Position numbers and translations under genes: made by a program | Assembly (NCBI GenBank): GCA_023261815.1 | Contig: JALNKA010000002.1 | Coordinates: 36,340 to 100,339, forward strand | DNA from: Candidatus Wolframiiraptor sinensis | GTDB lineage: Archaea > Thermoproteota > Nitrososphaeria_A > Caldarchaeales > Wolframiiraptoraceae | Direction: 5' to 3' | Length of the DNA: 64,000 bases | Notes under the pieces: model-generated | Seen by the model: the letters and a program-made list of their open reading frames with translations, nothing else | Told to the model about the DNA's origin: nothing | The model's database searches: none | Shown: positions 1 to 8,567 of the stretch, in pieces | How the letters are laid out: the number at the start of each line of letters is the position of its first letter | How positions within the stretch are numbered: position 1 is the stretch's first letter

Positions 1-1197
1 ATAATTTTAGCGGGCTTCAGCCCCATATACATCGGCAGGCTCTATGTCCCCGAAAGCTATGAGGTTGGGCTACCATACATCGTGAACATCGCCTCTGGGA
101 TATTCGGGGGAACGAGGCTTCTGGCCTTGATGATGGATTATCTTGGCCTCCCGAAATATGATACAGCGTACCTTAGCAGGTGGAACATACTATTATATGT
201 GATCGTGATCCTGCTCGGCCTAGCATCAGTTATGCCGCCCCCACTCGGGGTAACGCTACCAAATCACCCGATCAGAGTAGGTGTTCCGGAGAGCCCGGAC
301 TCGGCATTCATGCCGGCATCAGAGGAGAGCATAAACCAGTTCTTGAAACATTATAACGTCACGCACGTCGTCCTCGTGATGTCCCCGGACTTCATTAATA
401 CCTATAATGGCTTCGAGCCCGGCCGAGACGTGACCAGGTATTTTAGGTTCAGGGTCGAGGCGGATAGGTGGACTCAATCAGACCTGCTATGGCTTGTTAA
501 AGGCCTCAAGTCGCGTGGAGTCAAGGTGCTCCTCGGAGTCTACTTGAAGGCTGAGGGGCCGATATACAAATACAGTGTTCAGGGATTTGATGTGCGCTGG
601 CTTGAAGAGCATCCCAACCTGGTGGGCTCCGGGAAACTCCTGCTCTTTAACAACAGCATATACGGTGTTAGCTACGCGGAGTTCTTCTCCAGCAGGCTTG
701 AGAAAGCCATCATGGACTTCAGATTCGACGGGGTCTATTTGATGGCTTGGGATGATTGGAGAATCTCCTCAAGTAATAGGATTCAGCACATCATTCCGCT
801 CCTCGAGAATTTGAGGAAAAAATCCATGCTGGTCTTCATCGAGGGACCGGAGATAACGCGTGGAGATGATATCTTGAAGCTTCTGGAGCTCTCCGATTAC
901 GTGGTCCTCAAGACCGCTCCGCTCATCAGCAGGCTCTATTACATGGAGAAGAGCAATAAATCATTCTTCAGCTACGAGCAAGATCTCTCCAAGCTGCTCG
1001 GCGAGATACCAGCGGAGCATAGGAGTAGGCTGCTTTTCACGGCATGTACGTTCAGCTTCGTTGATGGGTGGTTTAACCCGGCTATAGAGCTGAGGCTCGA
1101 GGTGAGTAGATTCGAGGAGGCCGGGTTGAGGGCGGGTTACGTGGTCTACTACACCGACAGATACACGCCTTATAGGATAACAATAGAGTCCGGGTGA
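1..1197 (+). CDS. Hypothetical membrane-anchored protein with a putative TIM-barrel/glycoside-hydrolase-like extracytoplasmic domain (5'-truncated by the window edge)
   Basis: Frame is open from base 1 (IILAGFSPIYIG...). Hydrophobic segments are followed by a soluble beta/alpha domain with GVKVLLGVY and FDGVYLMAWDDW. Confidence 0.5.
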   Translation: MILAGFSPIYIGRLYVPESYEVGLPYIVNIASGIFGGTRLLALMMDYLGLPKYDTAYLSRWNILLYVIVILLGLASVMPPPLGVTLPNHPIRVGVPESPDSAFMPASEESINQFLKHYNVTHVVLVMSPDFINTYNGFEPGRDVTRYFRFRVEADRWTQSDLLWLVKGLKSRGVKVLLGVYLKAEGPIYKYSVQGFDVRWLEEHPNLVGSGKLLLFNNSIYGVSYAEFFSSRLEKAIMDFRFDGVYLMAWDDWRISSSNRIQHIIPLLENLRKKSMLVFIEGPEITRGDDILKLLELSDYVVLKTAPLISRLYYMEKSNKSFFSYEQDLSKLLGEIPAEHRSRLLFTACTFSFVDGWFNPAIELRLEVSRFEEAGLRAGYVVYYTDRYTPYRITIESG

Positions 1198-1206
1198 GCG
1201 GCCGCT

Positions 1207-1662
1207 CTACTCCTCGGGGATGCGCCTCCACTTAGCCACCTGCGGATAGATCCTTCCATCCCTCGAGACTCTCCCGGATCCGAGATAAAAGTCGCCGCAT
1301 CTCGCCACAACATATCTTCCCTCGAATCTCCCGGATTTCTGTATCGGCGCCGCCTTCATCCACTCCTCAGCCTCCTCCTCGCTCAGCTCCACGACGTTTC
1401 TCGTTATCGTGCTACCGAGCAGCTGGCTTCCCTCTATCGAGAGCACCACATCGCCCTTCACGATCTTCGCGACATAGAGTCCAACCTGCTGAACCTTTCT
1501 CAGCCTACAAGCGACTTCATAAGCCTCCTTGGTCGCGGCCCTTATCCTCCCCTGACCGGACCGGATGAGTATGAGGCTCTCAAAGGCATCCTCGACGCCA
1601 TGCTGATCCATAAGTCTCCTGACGAGATGTTTTCTCTCAGCCGATGTAAGCATCCTCATCAT
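1207..1662 (-). CDS. RsmF C-terminal/NIP7-like PUA-fold protein, partner of the m5C methyltransferase
   Basis: LSIEGSQLLG...NVVELSEEEAEEWM...YVVARCGDFYLGSG pattern; 4-nt overlap with the RsmB/NOP gene. Confidence 0.7.
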   Translation of the reverse strand: MMRMLTSAERKHLVRRLMDQHGVEDAFESLILIRSGQGRIRAATKEAYEVACRLRKVQQVGLYVAKIVKGDVVLSIEGSQLLGSTITRNVVELSEEEAEEWMKAAPIQKSGRFEGRYVVARCGDFYLGSGRVSRDGRIYPQVAKWRRIPEE

Positions 1663-2597
1663 CCCGCCTCCTTCACTATCCTCGCGATATAGAATCCTTC
1701 AGCCCAGTTATCATAAGGCATGATCCTAATGGCCTTCGACAACTCGTCATTCAGCCTCATCCCCTCATACTCCGTTATCCCGGGCCTATATCTCAGGCCA
1801 TTGAGCTTTATCTCCTCGACCCTCGCGTTCTCCCGGCTCTCGAGAAGCCAGTTCACCACGAGCTCGTTTTCCTCGATGGTCAGCGTGCACGTCGAGTATA
1901 CTAGGATGCCGCCGGGCTTGAGGCAGTCGAAAGCAGCTAGAATGAGCTTCCTTTGAAGCTCGCTAAGCCTCTTGACGATCCCGATGGACCACGACCTTGC
2001 TATCCCCCAGCTTTTACTCACTATTCCGAGAGAGCTGCATGGGGCGTCGACGAGGACCTTGTCGAAGAGCTCTTGGGCGAACCTCGAATACTTCCGCCCA
2101 TCCGCGAGCGTGATGACGCAGTTCAGGACGCCGAACCTCTGCAGGTTTGATGAGAGCGCTTTAACTCTCTCGAAACTCACGTCGTTCGCCACTAAGACTC
2201 CCTCTCCCCGTAGCAGCTGAGCTATCTGCGTGCTCTTGCTCCCCGGCGCGGCGCACAGGTCTAGGATTATCTCGCCTGGCCTCGGGTCGAGAACCTCAAC
2301 GGGCGCCATCGAGACGGGCCCCTGAATATAGATGAGCCCGAGCATGTGCTCGAGAGATTTTCCGAGATCCTCGCCGCCGGATGCAATGTAGCCGTGCCTA
2401 GCCCATGGAATTGGTTCCACAGCATACCCCCTAGACCTCAGCCTCTCCAGGATCTTCTCCTCGGAAGCCTTCAGGGTATTAATCCTGAAAGCCTCAGGGA
2501 GCGGCCTCTCATAAGCCTCGAGCAGGAGATCTAGCTCTACGTCCGGAAGTCTGCTGAGATAATTCTTCAAATCCTCGCTAAAGACTATCTTGCTCAA
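1659..2597 (-). CDS. RsmB/NOL1/NOP2/Sun family RNA (cytosine-5) methyltransferase
   Basis: ILDLCAAPGSKSTQ, VLVDAPCS and VYSTCT motifs; both catalytic Cys present. Confidence 0.93.
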   Translation of the reverse strand: MSKIVFSEDLKNYLSRLPDVELDLLLEAYERPLPEAFRINTLKASEEKILERLRSRGYAVEPIPWARHGYIASGGEDLGKSLEHMLGLIYIQGPVSMAPVEVLDPRPGEIILDLCAAPGSKSTQIAQLLRGEGVLVANDVSFERVKALSSNLQRFGVLNCVITLADGRKYSRFAQELFDKVLVDAPCSSLGIVSKSWGIARSWSIGIVKRLSELQRKLILAAFDCLKPGGILVYSTCTLTIEENELVVNWLLESRENARVEEIKLNGLRYRPGITEYEGMRLNDELSKAIRIMPYDNWAEGFYIARIVKEAG

Positions 2598-2716
2598 AAT
2601 TCTCCCAGCTCACAGGATTACGGGCGGTTTGAAAAACCTAACCGGGCGAGGAGGCTCAAAGCTTTATAGCTAAAAGCTCAAGGGTGCTGTGTGGAGAAGG
2701 GCGAGCAGGAGGCTCA

Positions 2717-4144
2717 ATGCTGGATGAGAAGTTTGCCGTGAGAAAGAAGGTGAGAGGCAGGCTAAGGATAGCCCTAATCTACCCGAGCACGTATAAGGTC
2801 GCGATATCAAACCTCGGCCTCAGAATAATCTACCACCTCTTAAACCTCGACGACAGGATATACTGCGAGCGCTTCACAGCGGAGAGCGATAGGAGCATCG
2901 AGACAGGCTCCCACCTCAAGGAATTCGACCTGATAATGTTCAGCTACCACTACGAGCCGGATCTCCTCGAGATAATCCGCAAAATCATCAGGCTGAACCT
3001 ACTCGATAGGCCCAAGATAATTGGGGGCCCATGCACATGCAACCCATTCCCGCTCAAGGGAATCGCAGACTACATTTACATAGGCGAGGCCGAGAGCAGC
3101 CTCATGGAGCTCATCGAGGGAATAATGGATGGAGTGGGGCTGGAAGATCTAGCGCGTCTAGAGGGAGTATTTGTTCCACAGGTCTCCGAGACGGCGAGAA
3201 GAGCATATCCACGCAAGCTCGACACGTTTCTCCCGGCGCTCCAAGTATCGAGCGTGCAGAGCGTATTCGGCGACGCGCTCATGCTCGACGTGAGCAGGGG
3301 ATGCGGGTGGAGCTGCCTCTTCTGCCTGGGGAGAAGCTTCTACGCGCCATACAGGGAGAGGAGCCTGGAACAGCTGGTGGGTGTGATGCGGGAGGGAATC
3401 ATGAGGGGAGGCTACGAGGCAGTGGTGCTGATAGCGAGCGACCTCTCAAGATACAGCAAGCTAGATGGTCTCATAGAGGCGGTGGGGGAGATCAGGAGAA
3501 TGAGGGGCTTCAGGCTGATAGCGCCCTCCCTAAGAGCCGATGCGATGAACGAGGATCTTCTGGATGCTTTGGCGGAGAGCGGCGAGAAGACGATAACAAT
3601 AGCTCCGGAGAGCTGCGAGGAGCTCAGATATAGAATTGGCAAAGGCTTCTCCGACGAATCCTTCCTCGAGACTTGTAGGCTACTCAAGAGAATCGGAATA
3701 TCCCGGGTGAAGCTCTACATAATGTTCGGGCTTCCGGGAGAGACGCTGAGCGACTTGGAGAAGGTGGTGAAGCTGATCAAGGAGGTGAAGAGCATGGGAT
3801 TTGAGGTAAGGGTGAGCGCGAACCCATTCGTCCCAAAGCCCCATACCCCAATGGAGGACGAGGAGCTCGAGGATCAGAAAAGCCTGAGGAGGAAGCTCAA
3901 GTTTCTGAAAAGGGAGCTCGGTGGAATGCTGGCCACAGATGGGATAAAGCAGGCATATCTCCAAGCACTGATAGCGAGAGGTGATGAAAGGATCGGGGAA
4001 TTACTGGTCGAAGCGGTCAAGGAATACGGTGAGCCGACGCTGGCGGCGATGAGGAGGAAGGCGGAGAAGATGGGGATAAGCTTGGATGATTATGCGAGGA
4101 AGGGGTCCGTGGAGAGGCCGTGGAGGAGAATAAAGCTCAACTAA
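2717..4144 (+). CDS. Radical SAM protein with N-terminal B12-binding-like domain
   Basis: CxxxCxxC (RGCGWSCLFC), YPSTYKVAISNLG, APES, FVPKPHTP. GGAGG SD precedes ATG 2717. Confidence 0.85.
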   Translation: MLDEKFAVRKKVRGRLRIALIYPSTYKVAISNLGLRIIYHLLNLDDRIYCERFTAESDRSIETGSHLKEFDLIMFSYHYEPDLLEIIRKIIRLNLLDRPKIIGGPCTCNPFPLKGIADYIYIGEAESSLMELIEGIMDGVGLEDLARLEGVFVPQVSETARRAYPRKLDTFLPALQVSSVQSVFGDALMLDVSRGCGWSCLFCLGRSFYAPYRERSLEQLVGVMREGIMRGGYEAVVLIASDLSRYSKLDGLIEAVGEIRRMRGFRLIAPSLRADAMNEDLLDALAESGEKTITIAPESCEELRYRIGKGFSDESFLETCRLLKRIGISRVKLYIMFGLPGETLSDLEKVVKLIKEVKSMGFEVRVSANPFVPKPHTPMEDEELEDQKSLRRKLKFLKRELGGMLATDGIKQAYLQALIARGDERIGELLVEAVKEYGEPTLAAMRRKAEKMGISLDDYARKGSVERPWRRIKLN

Positions 4145-4177
4145 ATTTTTATAGGAACGATTTTCATCCGATAAGAC

Positions 4178-4654
4178 GTGGTCAATTACTGGATCTTCAT
4201 CGTGAAAGATCACGTGCACATGGGTAGAATAATCCCCGCCAGCGAAGTCCTATCAAACAGGGTGAAAAACAAGTTCTGGTCCCTGAGCGCGAGAGCATTA
4301 AACCTCAGGAGACTTGAGAAGGGCGACAAGGTAATCTTCTACGTCACCGAGGCGGAGAGAAAGGGGTTCATGGGGATGGGAGTTTTAGCGGGGCCGGCGC
4401 ATCCAATAACAGAGGAGCAGAGATTCCACGTGATTAGAGAACCGTCAAATGCATTCCAATACCCCGTCGACTTCGAGGAGGCGGAGATGTGGGATGAAGC
4501 AATCTCTCCGCTCGAGATAAGAGATAGGCTATCATTTCTCAGAAGTCTGAGAAACCCGATGAGAGCATTCAGGGGATCGATAAAGAGGATAAGCGAAGAA
4601 GACTATAACGAGATAGTCAAAGCATATGAGGAAAAGCGCCGAGCCGGAACATGA
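4178..4654 (+). CDS. EVE domain (PUA-like) protein
   Basis: N-terminal YWIF, LEKGDKVIFYVT, C-terminal FRGSIKRISEEDY. Confidence 0.8.
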   Translation: MVNYWIFIVKDHVHMGRIIPASEVLSNRVKNKFWSLSARALNLRRLEKGDKVIFYVTEAERKGFMGMGVLAGPAHPITEEQRFHVIREPSNAFQYPVDFEEAEMWDEAISPLEIRDRLSFLRSLRNPMRAFRGSIKRISEEDYNEIVKAYEEKRRAGT

Positions 4655-4775
4655 GCGTTAACTCAAGATTTGAATAACATGCGATAAGCTTCCAAAGAGG
4701 CCTGTCAGAAGCACAATCAAACTGGGATCAGATAAACCTCGGGAAAACGGCGAAGCAGGAGTGTGGCGGAGGATT

Positions 4776-4836
4776 GGGGTCGGCCCGGCTCTTCCTGCAT
4801 CACAGCTCAGTCTGGAGCGGCTGCCTCATCCCCTAT
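4776..4836 (-). ncRNA. C/D-box guide sRNA
   Basis: Minus strand reads box C-like GGGATGA, 15 nt, D' CTGA, C' GTGATGC, guide AGGAAGAGCCGGG, D CCGA, with GGG/CCC ends. TTTAAA TATA at 4859-4864. The D guide is complementary to conserved 23S CGGCUCUUCC. Confidence 0.72.
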
Positions 4837-4893
4837 CTGATCGTCTTTGTGTTGGAGATTTAAACGTTTTTTCGGAATTGCTTCGCTTGCCGG

Positions 4894-6420
4894 TTAGCTT
4901 GGGTATGCCTCGACGTTCACCCTGTATTTTCTCGCGATTTTCAAGAGCTTATTCTGGCATTTCTTGATGTAGATCCTATAGTATTGTTCTGGGATGTAGA
5001 GCCTTATCAGGTTTCCATCCTCCTCTATCTTGAAGTCCGGTATATATTCTTGGAGTAGGCTCGTGATCTTGAATGCCGGCCTGCTTAATGTTTCTCCGCG
5101 CTCTTCCTTCTTCTTGATCGGCACCACGAAGTTTCTTTCCCCGAATACGTAGAGCTCGAATTTCGGCTCATCCGTTAGGAAGTCCTTCACTATGACCGTC
5201 GGCCTCGCCAGGTCCTCTTTCTTCAGCCCTGTTGGAACTTTCACGGTCATCTCGAGGGAATAGATCTTCTCGACCTCACCCTTGTCCATGAAGATCACGG
5301 TGTCGATTACTGAGGGCAATACTCCGAGATCTATCCTATTCGCTATTCTCTGGATAGCATCTATTGGCGTCGTCGCGTGTATGACGCCTATCATGCCTAT
5401 ACCCGCGAGCCTCAGGTCTATGAATAGGTCGAAGTCCTCCGGCCCCCTAATCTCGTCGAAGATCGTGTAGTCCGGCCTGCTGAGCAGGAGAACATCATGG
5501 AGCTCATCATGCTTTGAGGCGGCCTTAGAGTACTGGGTTATCTCCGGGGATACCTGGAGGTCTCGTGGGCTCTCGATGGTCTTAACGATCTTGCTCAGGG
5601 ACTTGTAATGCTCTGCGAGGGCCTGCGCGAAGGTCGACTTGCCCATTCCCGGCGGCCCAGCTATCAGTATTCCCTCGGCCTGGGTTTCAAGCCTCTCGAT
5701 GACCTTCAGCGGCAGGCTATAGTCCGCCAACCTTCTCCTGATCTTCGGCTTGACTATGGTTAGCTCGAATCCGTCGGAGAACGGGGGTCTCGTGGCCACG
5801 ATCCTGAAGTCCCTCAGCTGGAATATCTTGACGGCAGGCTTATCGATCTCCAAAAATGCCTCCGATCCCAGCGATGTATATGTCTCTCTCATGAGGTGGG
5901 CGAGGGTGAGCTCCATCTCCTCCCTCGTAACCGGCTTATCGAGGATTTCCTCGAGCCTCCAGCTTCTCGGCGAGCCCCGCTTGACCCTGGGCGGAAGCCC
6001 CTCCTTCAAGTGCAGGCTCATTATATCCTCGCTGAAGATCTCGTGGATGTTAAATGGTGGTGGAGGCAGCTCATAAACCACCTCAACTCCGAGGGATGAT
6101 GCTATCTTGGCCGTGATCGGATCGCATGTGATGAGGCTGGCGCCCCTCCTCCTCGCCTCCTCCAGGATTACTAGGCGATCTCCACTCGAGCTCGCTCCAA
6201 CGTGCTCTACTGCTATGCCCGCGGTTTTACAGGTCTTGGCGAGCCTCTCGAGACCCTCAATAGCCAGCGTATCGCCCTCGGAAGCAAGCCTCTCTGCCTC
6301 GGCTACGATGCCACGGTGTATGAGGATCTTCCCCTCTCTCAGAAGCCCGCTCTCCACTAAGTGGACCACGGACTTGAGCTGGATCGCCAGCAAATCGGGC
6401 AGGTAAAGCTTCTCAGCCAT
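4894..6420 (-). CDS. PINA-type ATPase (PIN domain + P-loop ATPase + KH), Holliday-junction branch migration
   Basis: N-terminal PIN-like region, Walker A GPPGMGKST, TIESPRDL, RPDYTIFDEIR, LAGIGMIGVIHA. Confidence 0.88.
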   Translation of the reverse strand: MAEKLYLPDLLAIQLKSVVHLVESGLLREGKILIHRGIVAEAERLASEGDTLAIEGLERLAKTCKTAGIAVEHVGASSSGDRLVILEEARRRGASLITCDPITAKIASSLGVEVVYELPPPPFNIHEIFSEDIMSLHLKEGLPPRVKRGSPRSWRLEEILDKPVTREEMELTLAHLMRETYTSLGSEAFLEIDKPAVKIFQLRDFRIVATRPPFSDGFELTIVKPKIRRRLADYSLPLKVIERLETQAEGILIAGPPGMGKSTFAQALAEHYKSLSKIVKTIESPRDLQVSPEITQYSKAASKHDELHDVLLLSRPDYTIFDEIRGPEDFDLFIDLRLAGIGMIGVIHATTPIDAIQRIANRIDLGVLPSVIDTVIFMDKGEVEKIYSLEMTVKVPTGLKKEDLARPTVIVKDFLTDEPKFELYVFGERNFVVPIKKKEERGETLSRPAFKITSLLQEYIPDFKIEEDGNLIRLYIPEQYYRIYIKKCQNKLLKIARKYRVNVEAYPS

Positions 6421-6524
6421 TTCTCCTACTTGTGTGAGAACCGTGATAGCGTAGTAATAAATGATGCGGAGAAGCTCGGCGGAGCGAAGTTCTTAAATAC
6501 AGCGCCCCCGATGAGCCTCCCCGG

Positions 6525-7004
6525 ATGAGTAGCGCTCAGGCTGAGGATGTTGAGAGCGGCGTGGAGGGCGCTGAGCAGGCTCAAGAAGCCCAGAAAGCGG
6601 CGGCACCAGCTCCGAAAAAGGCCCTTAAGTGGGGGATAGTCCACATATACTCGAGTTATAACAATATTATTGTTCACTTGACGGACCTCACGGGCGCCGA
6701 GACTATTGCGAGGGCTTCTGGCGGGATGTTCGTGGATGCTGGGAGGCTTGAGCCAACCCCCTATGCGGCGACAAGGGCGGCGAGCTACGTGATGGAGATA
6801 GCGAAGCAGAAGGGCATAGAGGCGGTCCACATAAAGGTGAGAGCGCCTGGAGGCGTTAAGGCAAAGACCCCGGGGCCGGGAACGCAAGCAGCGATCAGGG
6901 CGATCGCAAGATCAGGAGTAATGATAGGGAGGATAGAGGATGTGACGCCCATACCCCACGACTCGGTCCGAAGAAAGGGCGGGAGAAGGGGGAGAAGGGT
7001 CTAA
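6525..7004 (+). CDS. rps11: 30S ribosomal protein uS11
   Basis: [16 protein letters not shown]...PTPYAA...[10 protein letters not shown]...[10 protein letters not shown]...GGRRGRRV. Confidence 0.97.
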   Translation: MSSAQAEDVESGVEGAEQAQEAQKAAAPAPKKALKWGIVHIYSSYNNIIVHLTDLTGAETIARASGGMFVDAGRLEPTPYAATRAASYVMEIAKQKGIEAVHIKVRAPGGVKAKTPGPGTQAAIRAIARSGVMIGRIEDVTPIPHDSVRRKGGRRGRRV

Positions 7005-7165
7005 ATCGAGAATTCTACGAATCCTCCGCGAAACGCCCGCATTTTTGATTTCATGGTCCCGCGATGCATGTTTCCAGCCAAGGTAGCTTGATGTAAACGG
7101 CGGAATTGGGCGAGATCTCGCAAGGTAAGAGATTAAAATCTCAAGACCGACCTTTTATCGCGTGC

Positions 7166-8152
7166 ATGCCGGAGCTTGTTGTGGGAGTTGATCTGGGTGC
7201 CACTAGAATTCGGGCCGCGCTGGGCAGCATTAGATCCGGAATTCTCAGGAAAATCGAGGAGAAGACTGTTAGGGTGGAATCACCTGAAGCGGTCATTCAG
7301 CAGTTTATCCGCTTGATAGAGCGTGTTTCGGCGGATGACTTGAAGAGCGTCCGCGCGATAGGCATAGGCTCGATCGGCCCTCTAGACTTCCGGAAGGGCA
7401 TAATACTGAGCCCACCGAATGTTCCCTTCAAGAACGTGCCGATCTCTGAGGCTCTGCGAGACAAGTTCAAGATTCCGGTTTATCTGCTTAATGACTGCAC
7501 TGCAGCTGTCTTGGGTGAGTGGATCTTCGGAGCTGGCAAGGGTTTGAAGAACCTGGCCTACATTACCCTTAGCTCGGGCATCGGCGGGGGCGCGATCGTT
7601 GATGGCGCCCTGCTCCTTGGAAAGGATGGCAACGCAGCGGAGATAGGGCATATGGTGATAGACCTCGAGGGAAGACTAGCATGTAATTGCGGCGGTAGGG
7701 GCCACTGGGAGGCATACTGCTCGGGCGCCGGAATACCAAGATTCGTCAAATATCTTGTTGAGAGCAGGCCGAGTAACTTCCATGGAAGCGCAATTGAGGA
7801 GCTCGTGGTGAAGGGCGCGCTGACCTCCAAGTCCCTCTTCGACTTGGCGAGGAGCGGCGATGAGAAGGCTCTCGAGATCGTCGGAGAGATTGGGAGACTG
7901 AACGCGATAGGCTTCGCGAACATCAATACTCTCTATGATCCGGAGCTCATTACCGTTGGCGGGTCGATCGCGCTGAATAACCGGGAGCTCGTGCTCGAGC
8001 CGATAATCGCGAATATCGGGAATTATACCGTGAATAGGACTCCAGAGATCAAGATCACTCCGCTCGGAGATGACGTCGTCCTCTATGGCGCGATAGCCAT
8101 GGCCTCGAACTCGCTTCCAATCCTGAGCTCGGGGGGCGTAGAGCGAGCATAG
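7166..8152 (+). CDS. ROK family sugar kinase (glucokinase-like)
   Basis: VGVDLGAT, LLNDCTAAVLGE, GIGGG, AEIGHM, CNCGGRGHWEAY. Start refined to ATG 7166. Confidence 0.9.
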   Translation: MPELVVGVDLGATRIRAALGSIRSGILRKIEEKTVRVESPEAVIQQFIRLIERVSADDLKSVRAIGIGSIGPLDFRKGIILSPPNVPFKNVPISEALRDKFKIPVYLLNDCTAAVLGEWIFGAGKGLKNLAYITLSSGIGGGAIVDGALLLGKDGNAAEIGHMVIDLEGRLACNCGGRGHWEAYCSGAGIPRFVKYLVESRPSNFHGSAIEELVVKGALTSKSLFDLARSGDEKALEIVGEIGRLNAIGFANINTLYDPELITVGGSIALNNRELVLEPIIANIGNYTVNRTPEIKITPLGDDVVLYGAIAMASNSLPILSSGGVERA

Positions 8153-8215
8153 CATGTGCCGAGACATCCGCGGGCGAAAGGGGCTAACTATTTTGAGAGC
8201 CGCGTCCCTATGCTG

Positions 8216-8515
8216 ATGGCTGAGATGAGGTTAAAGGACATTCAGAGGCTCATGGCGGAGATCTATCTCGATCGCGATAGGGAGAGGGGCGCTGAGAAGA
8301 CTCTTCTCTGGATGCTCTCCGAGGCCGGCGAGGTCGCGGACGCCTTCCTGAAGAATAATAGGGTTGGGCTGGAATGCGAAGTCGCGGATCTCCTCGCGTG
8401 GCTCCTCAGCTTCTGCAACGTGGTCGGCATAGATCTCGAGGAGGCGGTTCTGGCGAGATACGGGGTAGGCTGCCCGGCCTGCGGCTCAAAGCCCTGCCGA
8501 TGCCCAATGAAGTAG
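8216..8515 (+). CDS. MazG-like nucleotide pyrophosphohydrolase with C-terminal Cys cluster
   Basis: SEAGEVADA...ECEVADLLAWL and CPACGSKPCRC. Start uncertain (8210/8216). Confidence 0.85.
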   Translation: MAEMRLKDIQRLMAEIYLDRDRERGAEKTLLWMLSEAGEVADAFLKNNRVGLECEVADLLAWLLSFCNVVGIDLEEAVLARYGVGCPACGSKPCRCPMK

Positions 8516-8567
8516 CTCACCTCTGCGCGGAATCCTTTAATTGAATCACATCTCAGCTTTAGGCTTG

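Noticed and set aside
7050-7115. Degenerate C/D-like boxes downstream of rps11
   Set aside because: All four boxes deviate from consensus and no guide target was recognised.
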